64,000 bases of DNA from Vicugna vicugna (lineage: Eukaryota), in contig MU058531.1 in the NCBI GenBank assembly GCA_013265495.1, positions 2,418,911 to 2,482,910 on the forward strand, read 5' to 3'. The notes below the pieces were generated by a model. The model was not told the origin of the DNA. It saw only the letters and a list, made by a program, of their open reading frames with translations, and searched no databases. Made by a program: the position numbers and the translations under genes. Position 1 is the first letter of the stretch, and each line of letters begins with the position of its first letter. Of this stretch, positions 13,220 to 24,235 are shown one piece after another.

Positions 13220-13894
13220 ATGTCCATGGCATTCTTCTGTAAGTTAAAAAAAATTTTTTTCTGGTAAAAATTTGGGGTATGTGGGGAGAAGTATCCATTT
13301 TTTAACTATGTTATATTTAGGGCTGGGTGGCTCATCACAAATATATGTTCCCGTGTATGTGGCATTACCTATGAATTTGTTCTCTATGATGTAGTATAGT
13401 GATGACAAATGCTCTCTTATGACCAGAGTGATTTCCTATCATGTACTTATGTATTCTCATAGTCTGATAAACTCAATCTAGAAGTCTCATATTTTTGCAT
13501 CAGTTGGACCAATGTTTCCTCATGAGGCAGAAGTAACTCTTACCTTGCAGCTTTTGCTGTCAATCGTTCATTCATTCAGAAAACATTTCTTGAGCACCTG
13601 CTGTACACAGGGCAATGTGTTAAGTGTTATGGGGAATACAAATACAAATCAAATAGACATTCTGCTCTTAAATAATCTGATAATTCGGTGTAAATTAAAA
13701 ACCTTGAACATAAATGTCTTTAACACAAGATGAAAAAAATCACGGTCTTGTGTCATCTTAAAGGAGGGCATCATCACTTCCTCTTGGGCGAAACGGTTGT
13801 TAGGCATCTTCCTGATGCATTTCTTCCATCCGGCCATGGAGGAAAACCAGGGCTAAGAGTTGAACCTATTGGTGGGGTTGGTGTGAAGAATGCT

Positions 13895-14365
13895 GCATTG
13901 GTTTTCTGTTGCTGCCTATAACTCAGTGGCTGAAAAGAACCATCATTCATTATTGCTCCAGTGTTTATGGGTCATCTGGGGCATGCCTGATCTAGCCGGG
14001 ACTGGGGTGGGCAGCTCTGCCTCCAGCTGCTGCAGCTGGCTGGGAAAATATGCTTCTCCCTGCAATTTTATGGATCATGGAGATGACTCTGCTTTGTGTA
14101 TCTCTCATCCTCCTTGGACCAGCAAGCTAGCCAGGGCATGATTTTCTCAGGCGACGGCAGAGGTACGTGAGGCCTTACAAAGCCCAGGCTCGGAGCTCAC
14201 GTACCGCCACTTCCGCTCACGTACTGTCACTTCCGCTTATGTATCATCAGTCCCAGAGGTCACAAGGCTAAACCCATAGTCACGAGGCACAGAGGGACAC
14301 TCAGAGAGGCACTGGCAAGGGTATGGAGCAGGGAGAAGTGAAAAAATGTTGCAATTTATGACATA
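13895..14365 (-). mobile_element. Old MaLR (MLT1-type) LTR
   Basis: TTTTCTGTTGCTGC.TATAAC..CAGTGGCT.AAA...GTCACTTCC...GTCACAAGGC resembles antisense MLT1. Confidence 0.6.
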
Positions 14366-15099
14366 TGCCTTGTGGTTATATGTATATTACATTCTGAGAA
14401 GGAACTTCAATTTCTTTTTAGAGCAATATTAACAAATCTGATAAAAACAAACAAAAATTCCTATGAAAGAATACCACTATTCATCCCTTTAAATACCTTC
14501 CTTCTAGGACTGGGCAAGAAAGCATGAAGTTAAATTCATAATTGTGGAAGATCTAGTGCAAATGGTAATGGGAAATATGTCCCCATTTAATTTTTTAAGC
14601 CTACTTGGGCTGGCTGTTGGCCACATTTTTCCTTGCTATTTTGGGCCTCTACTTATTGCATTCTCTCTTCCTCTTAGGGGAACTAGCCCCCGTAACATCC
14701 GGGCATCTTCATGCTTTCTCCCTGCCTATCAAATTTTATCCTGCAAGAAAGATCTAGCAAACTCATTCACAGTGAGGCATAAGTGACTAATAAAACTTAA
14801 AATTTAACGACTTTCAGGAGCCTTTGTATTTGAACAGGGGCCAAAAAAATGAATGGCTCTCTAATGAAGGAACTTCACACAGCAGTGAGGAGGGTGGAGA
14901 AGTGAAAGAGATGGGGAACCAAGGGCCTTGCCCAGAGACCTCAAACTCATATCCTATAGGATTATTACCTTTTTTCTGAACAAGTTACCGGCTTGGGTTT
15001 GTGGGCAAGGTATAACTAGGAGCATAGCTTCCGTTGTGTATTTAGTATAAATAATATTATAATATGTGCCCTAGCAAGTCAATTGTATTTAATAACTTT

Positions 15100-15430
15100 T
15101 TATAGTATAATTTTTCTAATTCCTATTTTTCAGTTACTGTCTGTGAGAAACAAATAAATATAGCAGGCATCAGGCAGGAACTTTCTGAACTGTGTCAAGG
15201 TTAATAACAAATAAAATGTTATAAGTAGAGACAGGACAGCAACAGCTGTGCAACATTCTTGGAAGCATGGATTTTGATAGCATGAAGTCAGACAGTGAGC
15301 TCAGTTTTTGCTGCTACTTTGGATGAACAGAGAACCCTTGTCACAATTATAAGGAAAACTACATTTGTCTTATAAATTACAACTGTTTTGCACTCAAAAT
15401 CTGATGTCTGCAGCTGGAAAATCAGGAGCA
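15100..15430 (+). promoter_or_regulatory. Putative CpG-poor, TATA-type promoter of the distal first exon
   Basis: TATAAAT at 15371-15377, CAGCTG E-boxes at 15243 and 15411, A/T-rich MEF2-like ATAAATATAG at 15154-15163; directly upstream of the coding exon. Confidence 0.5.
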
Positions 15431-15516
15431 ATGTTGGAAGAAGACCCAGATCAAACCTATGAGAATGTCCTGGCTGAGATTCAATCTTTTGAGCTGCCCA
15501 TTGAAGCTACTTTAAG
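15431..15516 (+). CDS. EXOC6: EXOC6 alternative (distal) first coding exon, MLEEDPDQTYENVLAEIQSFELPIEATL(R)
   Basis: Manual translation from ATG 15431. Ends AG|GTAGGG in phase 2, and AG+G of exon 2 gives Arg and continues SVYDDQ. Closely resembles the alternative N-terminus of human EXOC6 as I recall it (MLEEETDQTYENVLAEIQSFELPVEATLR). An in-frame upstream ATG lies at 15404. Too short for the ORF track. Confidence 0.88.
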
Positions 15517-15580
15517 GTAGGGCTCCTTTATATTTTGTTCTTTCTTCTTTAGTGGCAATAAGGTAGTCTTATTCACTTCT

Positions 15581-15813
15581 TTGTAAAATAATTAATTAAT
15601 TTAAAAATTGAAGTATAGTCAGTTACAATGTGTCAATTGTGGTGTACAACATAATGTCTCAGTCATGCATATATATACACATATATTCGTTTTCATATTC
15701 TTTTTCATTAAAGGTTGTTACAAGATATTGAATATAGTTTCCTGTGCTATACATAAAAATTTTGTTTTTTATCTGTTTTTATATATAGTGGTTATCATTT
15801 ACAAGTCTCAGAC
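15581..15813 (-). mobile_element. L1 3' end fused to the U6 copy (U6/L1 chimera)
   Basis: Same L1 3'-terminal sequence (TTGAAGTATAG...) as the copies at about 1650, 12520, 27370, 43240 and 53050; abuts the U6 T-tract directly. Confidence 0.85.
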
Positions 15814-15921
15814 AAAAAATATGGATCACTTCAAATATTTGCATGTCATCCTTGCGTACAGGCCCTGCCAATCTTCTCTGTATTGTTCCAATTTTAGTAT
15901 ATGTGCTGCTGAAGCGAACAC
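15814..15921 (-). pseudogene. Full-length U6 snRNA retrocopy (pseudogene)
   Basis: Reverse complement reads GTGTTCGCTTCAGCAGCACATATACTAAAATTGGAACAATACAGAGAAGATTGGCAGGG...CCATATTTTTT. About 14 substitutions versus U6 by eye; ACAGAGA box intact, AGC triad changed to GGC. Confidence 0.95.
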
Positions 15922-18082
15922 CTTACTCACTTTTCTATACTTTTCTCTGTAACAGGATAAAAAATAATTTTTGAAAAATAGGCACAATTCTGTATATATG
16001 TAATCTCAAAACTTTCTTATCCTTAGAAAAATGATGATAAATAAATAATGTTCACTTTTTTTTTGAATTATGTTTGTTTTGTGATTCATCACCATGAGGT
16101 TAAAAAATAGGAATGACTTTCAAGTGATCAAAAAGGGCCTCATGCCAACTCCAAACAGTTATGCCATCTTATTTATATCAGGTTTCAATTGTTTTCTTTA
16201 CAACTTTGCTTAGCGAAAAATATCGAGCAGTTAGACCTATCAGTGAAACTAATTTATATTTGAGTGGATGTGAGTTATATAAAAAAATGTAGAATGTTTA
16301 TTTGTATTGTTGCTGCTCTCAGCTATATAGTGACCTCTCAGGTATGTGTTTTTAATTTCTGCATAAGACTTAAAAATAGCTTCTTTGGTAAGATGGGGAT
16401 TAATTTGCATAGTTCAAGAACAGGATTTAAATGAAAGACCATGTATCTCTGTGTTAAAAGGGCAGTTTAAAATTTTAAAATCTTTTTGACTGTCTGCCTG
16501 TATCTGACACCTATCAGTGTGGGAACGAGACAGCAGTTGCTGAATGTGATTGTGATAGCCAGTAAATATTTGTTGACTAAGATTTGTAGATTAAGTGAAA
16601 GGATTTGGTGGCGGGGTGTTGTCTTATCACTCTCAGAAAGATCCAGGGCCAAATGTTTTAAAATCCTACAATTTAAATCTGAATGAATTTCTCCAGAATA
16701 TTTAAATTTGATTTTGCATTAAATATATTTTGAATGTTTTTAAAGGGCTTAGGGTAGTGTTAGGGGTATGGAAAGCTATTGATATTTACTGGTTGATTCT
16801 TAAATTATCAATATGTAGATGCAATTGCAAAATAATTACCACTCCATTATCAATGACTGGTATTGATGGTTCCTTGCCATCCTTACCATTGATTGGTAAG
16901 GAACTATCCATGAAGTTTCCTTACACCTTCATTTTATCTGAGCATCATGAACTTCCATGGAGAAGGGGAGGTAATTTTTACCCTATTCAATAGATAGAAG
17001 AAACCAAAGCTTTTTACTAATGGGAAACTCTGTAATTTTTTCCAAATGGAGCATAACTTGATACTATACCAGCATCTTGTGTGACTTGTGCATCTGCCTG
17101 GTGGCTCAGGCAGAAGTCTAAAGGGAAACAAGAGAAGAGGGGGCTTGGATGTGTGTTAGTTACCATGGCCTCTGCTGCCATTGCTGCTTTAGCGCCCTTG
17201 GCCTTCAGCCCCTGATGCTCTCCATCTCTTTCCTGGTCTCACCACCCTGGCCAGCATTTACAGACTTCAGAACTATTGGAAGTCTTGCCCTGACGTGGAC
17301 CTGACTTCCTGCTTTGGTTCTTGGGTCTGTCATACCCTCTGTTCTGAGGGCAGATGTCCCCAATCTTATACTTGGCCTTTCCTAAAGAAAAAGGTCAGTT
17401 TGCATGTGGCAGTCATAGCACTGTCTCAGCATCACCCTCAAGAGTAGACACTGCACAGATATTTTCTCCAGGGGCTGCCCATCACCACCACCAGTGGCCC
17501 TGGAATGCCCACTGTTAGCTTCATGTTTGGGTTATTAAACGAGGAGTGAGAGCAGTTGTTTCCAAAGATTACTGTTAAAACACCCCAGTGTCATTTTGGA
17601 AGATACACACAGAGCTCCTAACAAGCCTTTAATTGGGACAGTATTAACCAAAATTAGTTTTCCTGAATTGTTCTAATTATTGATTAGATGAAGACTTTGG
17701 GGCTGGCATTCGATGCCTTTCTGTGTATACCTGTGTGTGTCATTGATATGCCAGTGTCAACTCTTCTGTTTCACCGTTGTGACAGAACGTATCTGCTCAC
17801 ATCACCAAATATGAGGACTGGAAAATAAAGACAGGACTTTCATTTTGGCCAAAGTGGAGTATGTGCTATTTGCCCTGAGATTTTCTTTTTTCTGGTGCTC
17901 ATGGTTCCTTTTCTTTATTATTCTCCCCTCTTACTTCTGCCTGCCAAAATCCAGTCCATCTTGCAAGGCACAGCTCAGTTGCTCTTTCATCTATGAGGCT
18001 TCTCCTCATCCACCAACCACGTGTGAACGCTCCATCCTTTGAAGCCCTCAAGAATCCAGGGCATTGATTCTGACTCAGTTGG

Positions 18083-18085
<3 letters not shown>

Positions 18086-18120
<35 letters not shown>
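18086..18120. repeat. (TG)n microsatellite
   Basis: Pure TG run of about 17 units. Confidence 0.97.
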
Positions 18121-18122
<2 letters not shown>

Positions 18123-21100
18123 TTTGTGTTATAACCATTCTCAGGCTAAAGATTCCTGAGGGCACGACCTGTGTCTTACTTATATCTTAGGATCTTCTGC
18201 AGGCGCTTCCACCCTGCCTGGCACACAGTAGCTAGATAAATATTTGTTGAACTAATTTGTATAAGCTTCTGAGCTAATGGTGACCTTGTGAGTCAAGAGA
18301 AAGAAAGCAGTCTGGAGAGAAAAGCTTCATTTCAGTGAAGAGGAGAAGGCAGAAGTATTTGAATAGCTACAAGGTCTGAAGGCAGAGAGGCTGGCAGAGG
18401 GGTTTGGTTGGAGGCAGACTGGCCGGCAGGCCTGCAAAGGCCCTGCCCTGAGGCCCTGGACAGGACAGCGAGGGAAGCCTTAGGACCTTGGGAGGATGGG
18501 GCTGGGAATACAGGAGAGACACATTCTCAGGGAAAGCCCTGCACCTGGGAATTGAAGTAGCAAGATATCCTGGATTTCTGTTTTTCCTTCCCTGTCACAG
18601 AAGAAAGGCATTACTTCTATAAACTTTTTCTGTTGTAAAATCCTAAACTAGCTAGGATTTTACTAGCTTCCTCTCCCTGCCCACCTTGTTTTTGAGATGC
18701 CCTGCTCAAGGTCAGAGGTCAGATCAGGGTCAGGTGGAGTTTGTCTCTCTAACAAGGTGAGGTCAGAGAGCTCAGTGACTCAAAACCCGGAGATGATTTC
18801 TGCCAGTGTCCTTTAAGGATGGAGCAATAGCCCTTCTTTCACAGGGTGTGCAAGCCTTCCTGGCACACTCAGCCTCGCCATCATCTGAGAGAGCGGGTCT
18901 CCTCCACCTGAGGAGTCGAGGGGGGTTGCTGAGCCCGGGACTCACGTTGTCCGGTGTGGTCAGTGGCCATAGTCTCTCTCACCTGCCCAGGCTGCCTACC
19001 CCCTACCTCCTGACTTCATACAAGGCTGCTCCAAGAGCAAGCTCCTCCCCGGTGGTCCATCCTGTCTCCTGCCTGACTGCCCCAGGGGGCCCTTGGGTCA
19101 GCGCCTTTGGTTTTCTTTCTGTTTCAGTAGAAAAGTGGACGGAAAGCAGATGATTCTGAGGTCCTGTGTTTGTTTCTATTCCATATATGTGTGAAACGGG
19201 ACCACTGCCCAATGTATCAAGTTTAAAGGAGAGAGAGTTTTAGGGGAGAGCTGAGACGTTATATTTTTTTCCATAGTTTATTTGTGTTGCCAGTGAAATA
19301 CCCAACATAGACATCTCAGACAGTTATAACAATTGAATTGGGGAATAAAATGCCAGGATGGCAAAGTGGAATTTGATGTTAGCCATGCAGACGGTGACTG
19401 AATTTCGAAGAAAAGGAAGAAATGTAAAGAAAGGCTTAGTGTTGGTGCCTTGCATGTGTTGTTCTAGCATGGCTTTGCTTTGGGCATTCAAAATCTTGTA
19501 GCTGGCAGATTCTTGGTAGCCTGAAACTCAGGAGCAGGTGCGGTCTGGAATTAGTTTTGCCGCCCTAAGGACCTTTTGCCCTGGACACCACTGTTTTCAT
19601 CATGTTGCCACCATATGTTAATTTCCACTGATTTTTCTCATTCTCATAGGGTTTTCTGATTTTTCCTCCAGTCCCTCCATTTGGCTTAAATATGCCCAGC
19701 TCCTTGCCAGCTTCTCCCTCTAGGGGGCGTGCCTGTCCCTGTCTGGAGTCATGCTGAAAGAAACTAGGATACTGGTACCTTATTCAGCCTTATTCAGCAT
19801 TACCAATTTCCTTGAACTATCCTTGAAGGATGGTTAATAGATCTCAATTAGTATATCAATTCCAGTGCATTGGTAGGGGTGGCCTGAATCCTCATGTTGA
19901 GGGTGGTTCCGATAAGATAGCAATGGTAGCTATGGTGTCAGGGTAACGCGGTAGCAGCATCATAACATTGATTATATCCACACTGGAACTTTCTGCTGCC
20001 AGGCTTTGCTCATTGGACCAGCCCCGCCATGGATACCTTCTCATACCTGGAAACAGCCTGGGCTTGTTATGCCTCTTGGGGTCCTGCAGGTTTTAGTATC
20101 TTAGAACAGGTCCTGAAGTCATAATATATCTGAACCCATTTGGGTTAGAAATTACAATGTGTCTTGTTGCCAGAGCTGAGGCTGAGATAAGGAAATCATG
20201 GACACATTGAAAGACAGTGCAATGTTAGTGGGAGGTAGAAAAAGAGGACACATCCAAAGAAAGCCCTGCCAAGGGCTGGGGAAAATAGGAGGAAAAGAGA
20301 ATTGTACACGATGACGTACCAGAAGAATATTTTGTAATTGTTTCATGATAACATGATTGTTTTACACTTGTACTCACAGATTCTCTCAGGCTCTTTTCCA
20401 AAAGCTGACCATGAAGTTTTACCAGTTCAAGAGCAAACAGGATATTGTTAATTCTTTGAGTTTAATGTTTTTAAGAATGAAAATAATACACTTTTAGGAA
20501 AGGACAGAAAACATTAAAACAACAGCAACAACAACAAAAACAACCTAAACTATAAACACAATGAAATCTTAGGATGACATGCTAAAAAATACAACTAAAT
20601 TCAGCTGTAGACATTCTAGAATGTCCTTGCTGTTTTTATCTTCAGAAATGTCACGATTTCTATTAAATCTTATTCCACTAATTGTATTGATAAGATCAAA
20701 GGTCTAGGATTTATTAGTTTTTTGATTTTGGCCTTAGTTTCTCAAACTATAAAATCGAGATTATAATAAAACCTGTCTCAAATGGCTAAATGTATATAAA
20801 GTGCTTAGAACAGTGCCTGCCTAGTAATTGTAAATGCTCAATGAATACTAACTAATTAGCAATTATTACTACATCTAATTTACATCTGCGATATGTATTT
20901 CAGCATAATATAATGTATACTTCAGTGTGTTGTAGTAAATGAGCGCTCACAACAGCTTGAAATTCTGAGCAGGTGAGAAGTATTGAGTGATGTAAATTTT
21001 ATTTTGGTTGCACAATATTCCGGGGAGAGGGATGTCCCTTTTTCCAAATCCTATTTACTAACGGTTCTATTTGATGCTAATGTAATTATCGTGACCTCAT

Positions 21101-22198
21101 TTAATCTCCAGTGAGACTGGTGTAGTGTGCTGCATGTTGTGGATATAAAATGGAGTCCTGAGAAACTCTTCAGAAATAACGGTGGGCCTGACCGTGACTG
21201 AGGCCTGCCATGTCTGCAGCACCTCAGGAGAGTCTGGGGTCCCTGAAGAGGGTGGGCTGTGTAGCTGCCAGATTTTCACTGCACATTTAAATGGTACCAT
21301 TAGCTGTTTGATCTTCAATGCAACACTAGAGAAAAGTTAAAAAAAACTTTTTTTTTTTTTTATGTTTGGGAACTAAATATTCCAAGCAGGGGATGGTTTT
21401 GTTTATTTAGTGGTTAAGTGAATGGGCTTTGGGGCCAGAAGGACATGTGTTCAAATTTTGCCTCAATACTTCCTAATAGAACTATTGAAAGGATTTCATG
21501 AATTAGGCTTGAGATGTATTTGATGTAGTGGCTTGTACACAGCAAATGCTCATTTATTCAGTAAGTAAATATCTATGGAGCATCTCCAGTGTGGCAGGCA
21601 GTGGTTTAGGATGGGCAATGGTCTTGTGAATAGAGCAAGATCAAGACCTAGAAATTCCCTGTTCACAGGGAGCTGGCATTTTAGTGACAAGTGCTAAAAA
21701 TAAATTTTAAAATGGTAATAAGTGCTATGAAGAATAACAAATCAGGGTGAAGGATAGGGAGGTCCAGGGATGCTATTTTACAAGGTGGCCAGGGAGTAAA
21801 TGTCAGCTATTAATATCATTACTATCATTTCAATGCATTTCAGTAGTTACATTTCTAAATCCTTTTTGCTGAGAGAAGGGAAAAAAATAGAACAAATGAG
21901 AAGAGAGGGAGAAAGGGCAAAAGGCAATAAAAGAAAGCTAAATGGGGAAAGAGTGAGGAGTGGAGGATGCATTGAACAGGATGAAGAATTTTAAAACCCA
22001 ACAATGAGAAGGGAATAAAGAGGAAAGAGAAGAGAAAATAGGTGGTGTTGTAAGCTGGTGGTGGCTGGGTGTGGGGGAGAGAAAGTAGAGAGAGAATGGA
22101 ATTCACAGAAAATACCATTGCTCTTTAATTGCTCTATGGACTTTAAAATGTTTAGCTTTGGGATGAACAAGTTAATGGTACTTTCAGGACATCATTCT

Positions 22199-22350
22199 CA
22201 GGGCAAGACTAGCCACATAATTTACAGGACCAATGCAAAATGAAAATGCGGGTCCCCTTGTTCAAAAACTTATTAAGAGTTACAAGATGGTGAAGGCAGA
22301 GCATAAAGCCAAGAGCAATTGCTCAGGCCCCACCCGGATGAGCCACGGTG
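22199..22350 (-). mobile_element. hAT-Tip100 MITE (MER45A-like)
   Basis: CTAGCCACATAATTT...TGCAAAATGAAAATGCGGG.CCCCTTGTTCAAAAA..TATTAAGA matches the recalled MER45A consensus in reverse. Confidence 0.75.
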
Positions 22351-23439
22351 TCTGAGAACCTGGCACACAGCAAGCATTCAATAAAAACAGTTGTTGAATG
22401 AACAGAACCTGGGGCTAATTACTTTTGAACTTCTCTGAGGACTGGGCCATATTTCAGAAAAACTGATTTTATTTGGCTTTAATTTCAGACTTCCTTCTAT
22501 TGTTCTGCTCCGTGGGGAATGGAACAGATTCCTGGACACAGTTTTGTCACAGGATTCCTTCCAGGTCTGCCTGGGATTTGTTCACATTCTCCTGCATTTA
22601 CAGACTGTGGCCACTTGGGGTCACTGCACCAACAAGGTAGAAACTAGAGGAACGCAGCTGTCAGGACATCCCCAAAGAGTGGCTGAAAGGCACCAACTGG
22701 GAAGGGTTAGTTTATTAGAGGCAATATATAAAGACTGCTTGTACTTTACACTTTGACAAAGTTCTGTAATTATTTTAACAAGGGCTCTTAAATCCTTTAA
22801 GAAACATCTGAATGATATTAGCAAAGTCTTGAGAGGATAAAGATCAGGAAGTCGGCCATAGGGTTCCCAGGAGTGGGGAAGGGAATCTTTGTAGAGATGT
22901 ACCCTCTCCCATGAAACATGCTTTTAAAACATTAAGGTTAACATTAGAAGTTCTTCATATGTATCATTCATTTAACAAACAGTAACAGGACTGATAGTAA
23001 ACAACACAGATGTCGTCCCTGTGGCTAGAAATGGAGACAATGATTTGTTTAGCACCACAATGTGTGCCTCTAAGAATGAGCACTGCCTCCAAGGATAATG
23101 AACTTGCTTGACTTAGAAGCAAGATCCGGAGGGCTCATGGATCTGGAACTAAGAATCTAACCCAAATACATGGTCCCGTCTTCCCTTCCACAGCAGGAAC
23201 AACTTTCAGGCAGTTTCTGCCCATCAAGCATTCAGAAAAAACGAGATTCACATTCAGAGCACTCTGATACAAAATTAGGCTATTTTGTTAATGATTGGAA
23301 AAAAGAAACAATTTTGTGTCTGGTTTTTATTTTTATTTCACCAAAGAGGAAGCTAAATTCTGATCTTCCTGGTTTAATAACAAATGCCTGAGAATCCTTG
23401 TCTCCAATGCTCATGTTGAATGAGCTCTGGACTAAACAT

Positions 23440-23620
23440 CATAAATATATTATCTCCTTTAATCCCCACACCACTTGTTGAAGTAGGGGCTATTATTGCC
23501 CCTAATTCACACTTGAAGAAACTGAGGCTTAGACAAGTTAAGTCACTCTGCTGAGGCCCCATATCTAGTAAGAGATAAGTTGGCATTTGAACCCAAACAT
23601 TTAAATGCCAGATCAAGGCA
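23440..23620 (-). mobile_element. MIR SINE
   Basis: GAAGAAACTGAGGCTTAGA...GTTAAGTCACT...ATTTGAACCCA. Confidence 0.75.
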
Positions 23621-24044
23621 GCTGCATTCTGCAGCCTCTTTCTGAGGGAGAAGCTATCCCAAGATTGGTTTCTAGTCTGAAGACAAGTGGCTCAAAGTAT
23701 AAGTTGTTAATAACTAAGATTTTATTTACAGGTTAAATCCTTACTTTGCTGGTTAGTTTCCTACTGGACACAGAGCACATCTCCTGCTAGGCCAGTCTTC
23801 CTGGATATTGTTTTCCTCCCAGGAGTTCTGAAGAGAGATTTTGGGTGGATGTCTGGAAGTCAATATCCACTGCCTGAAAAATAACTCAATATGCGTATGC
23901 AGTCTTCCAATGTGCCCTGTTCCTCCCCAGCCTGCTCAGACCAGACCAACTAAGTCATTTTATTCATTGGGTAAGACAACATCAGAACATACTTCTTACC
24001 TGGCTTATTAATAAGAAAAACAGGAACAGCTTACTAGCTCCATT

Positions 24045-24235
24045 TCCTCCAACTCACTAGCTGTGTGGCCTTGGACAGTGACTTAATCTCTCTGAGTCTC
24101 AGTGTCTTTAAATTAAATGGGAAATAGCAAAAATCAGTACTAATTCAATTGCCAAATCAGTGATTAAATTAGTAAAGATTAAATTAGATAATATAAAGGG
24201 CTTAGCAAATAGTGCTCAATAAATGGCAGTTACGG
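24045..24235 (+). mobile_element. MIR SINE
   Basis: CTAGCTGTGTGGCCTTGGACAGTGACTTAATCTCTCTGAG.CTCAGT...TGCTCAATAAATG. Confidence 0.75.

Noticed and set aside
15814..15921. Functional U6 gene
   Set aside because: Mutated AGC triad and internal stem-loop, fusion to L1, TSDs; retrocopies lack the external U6 promoter.
19430..20140. Possible processed pseudogene on the - strand (TGGKIRKPY resembles RPS8 TGGKRKPY)
   Set aside because: Similarity does not extend on either side and there is no clear poly(A)/TSD; a BLASTX search would settle it.
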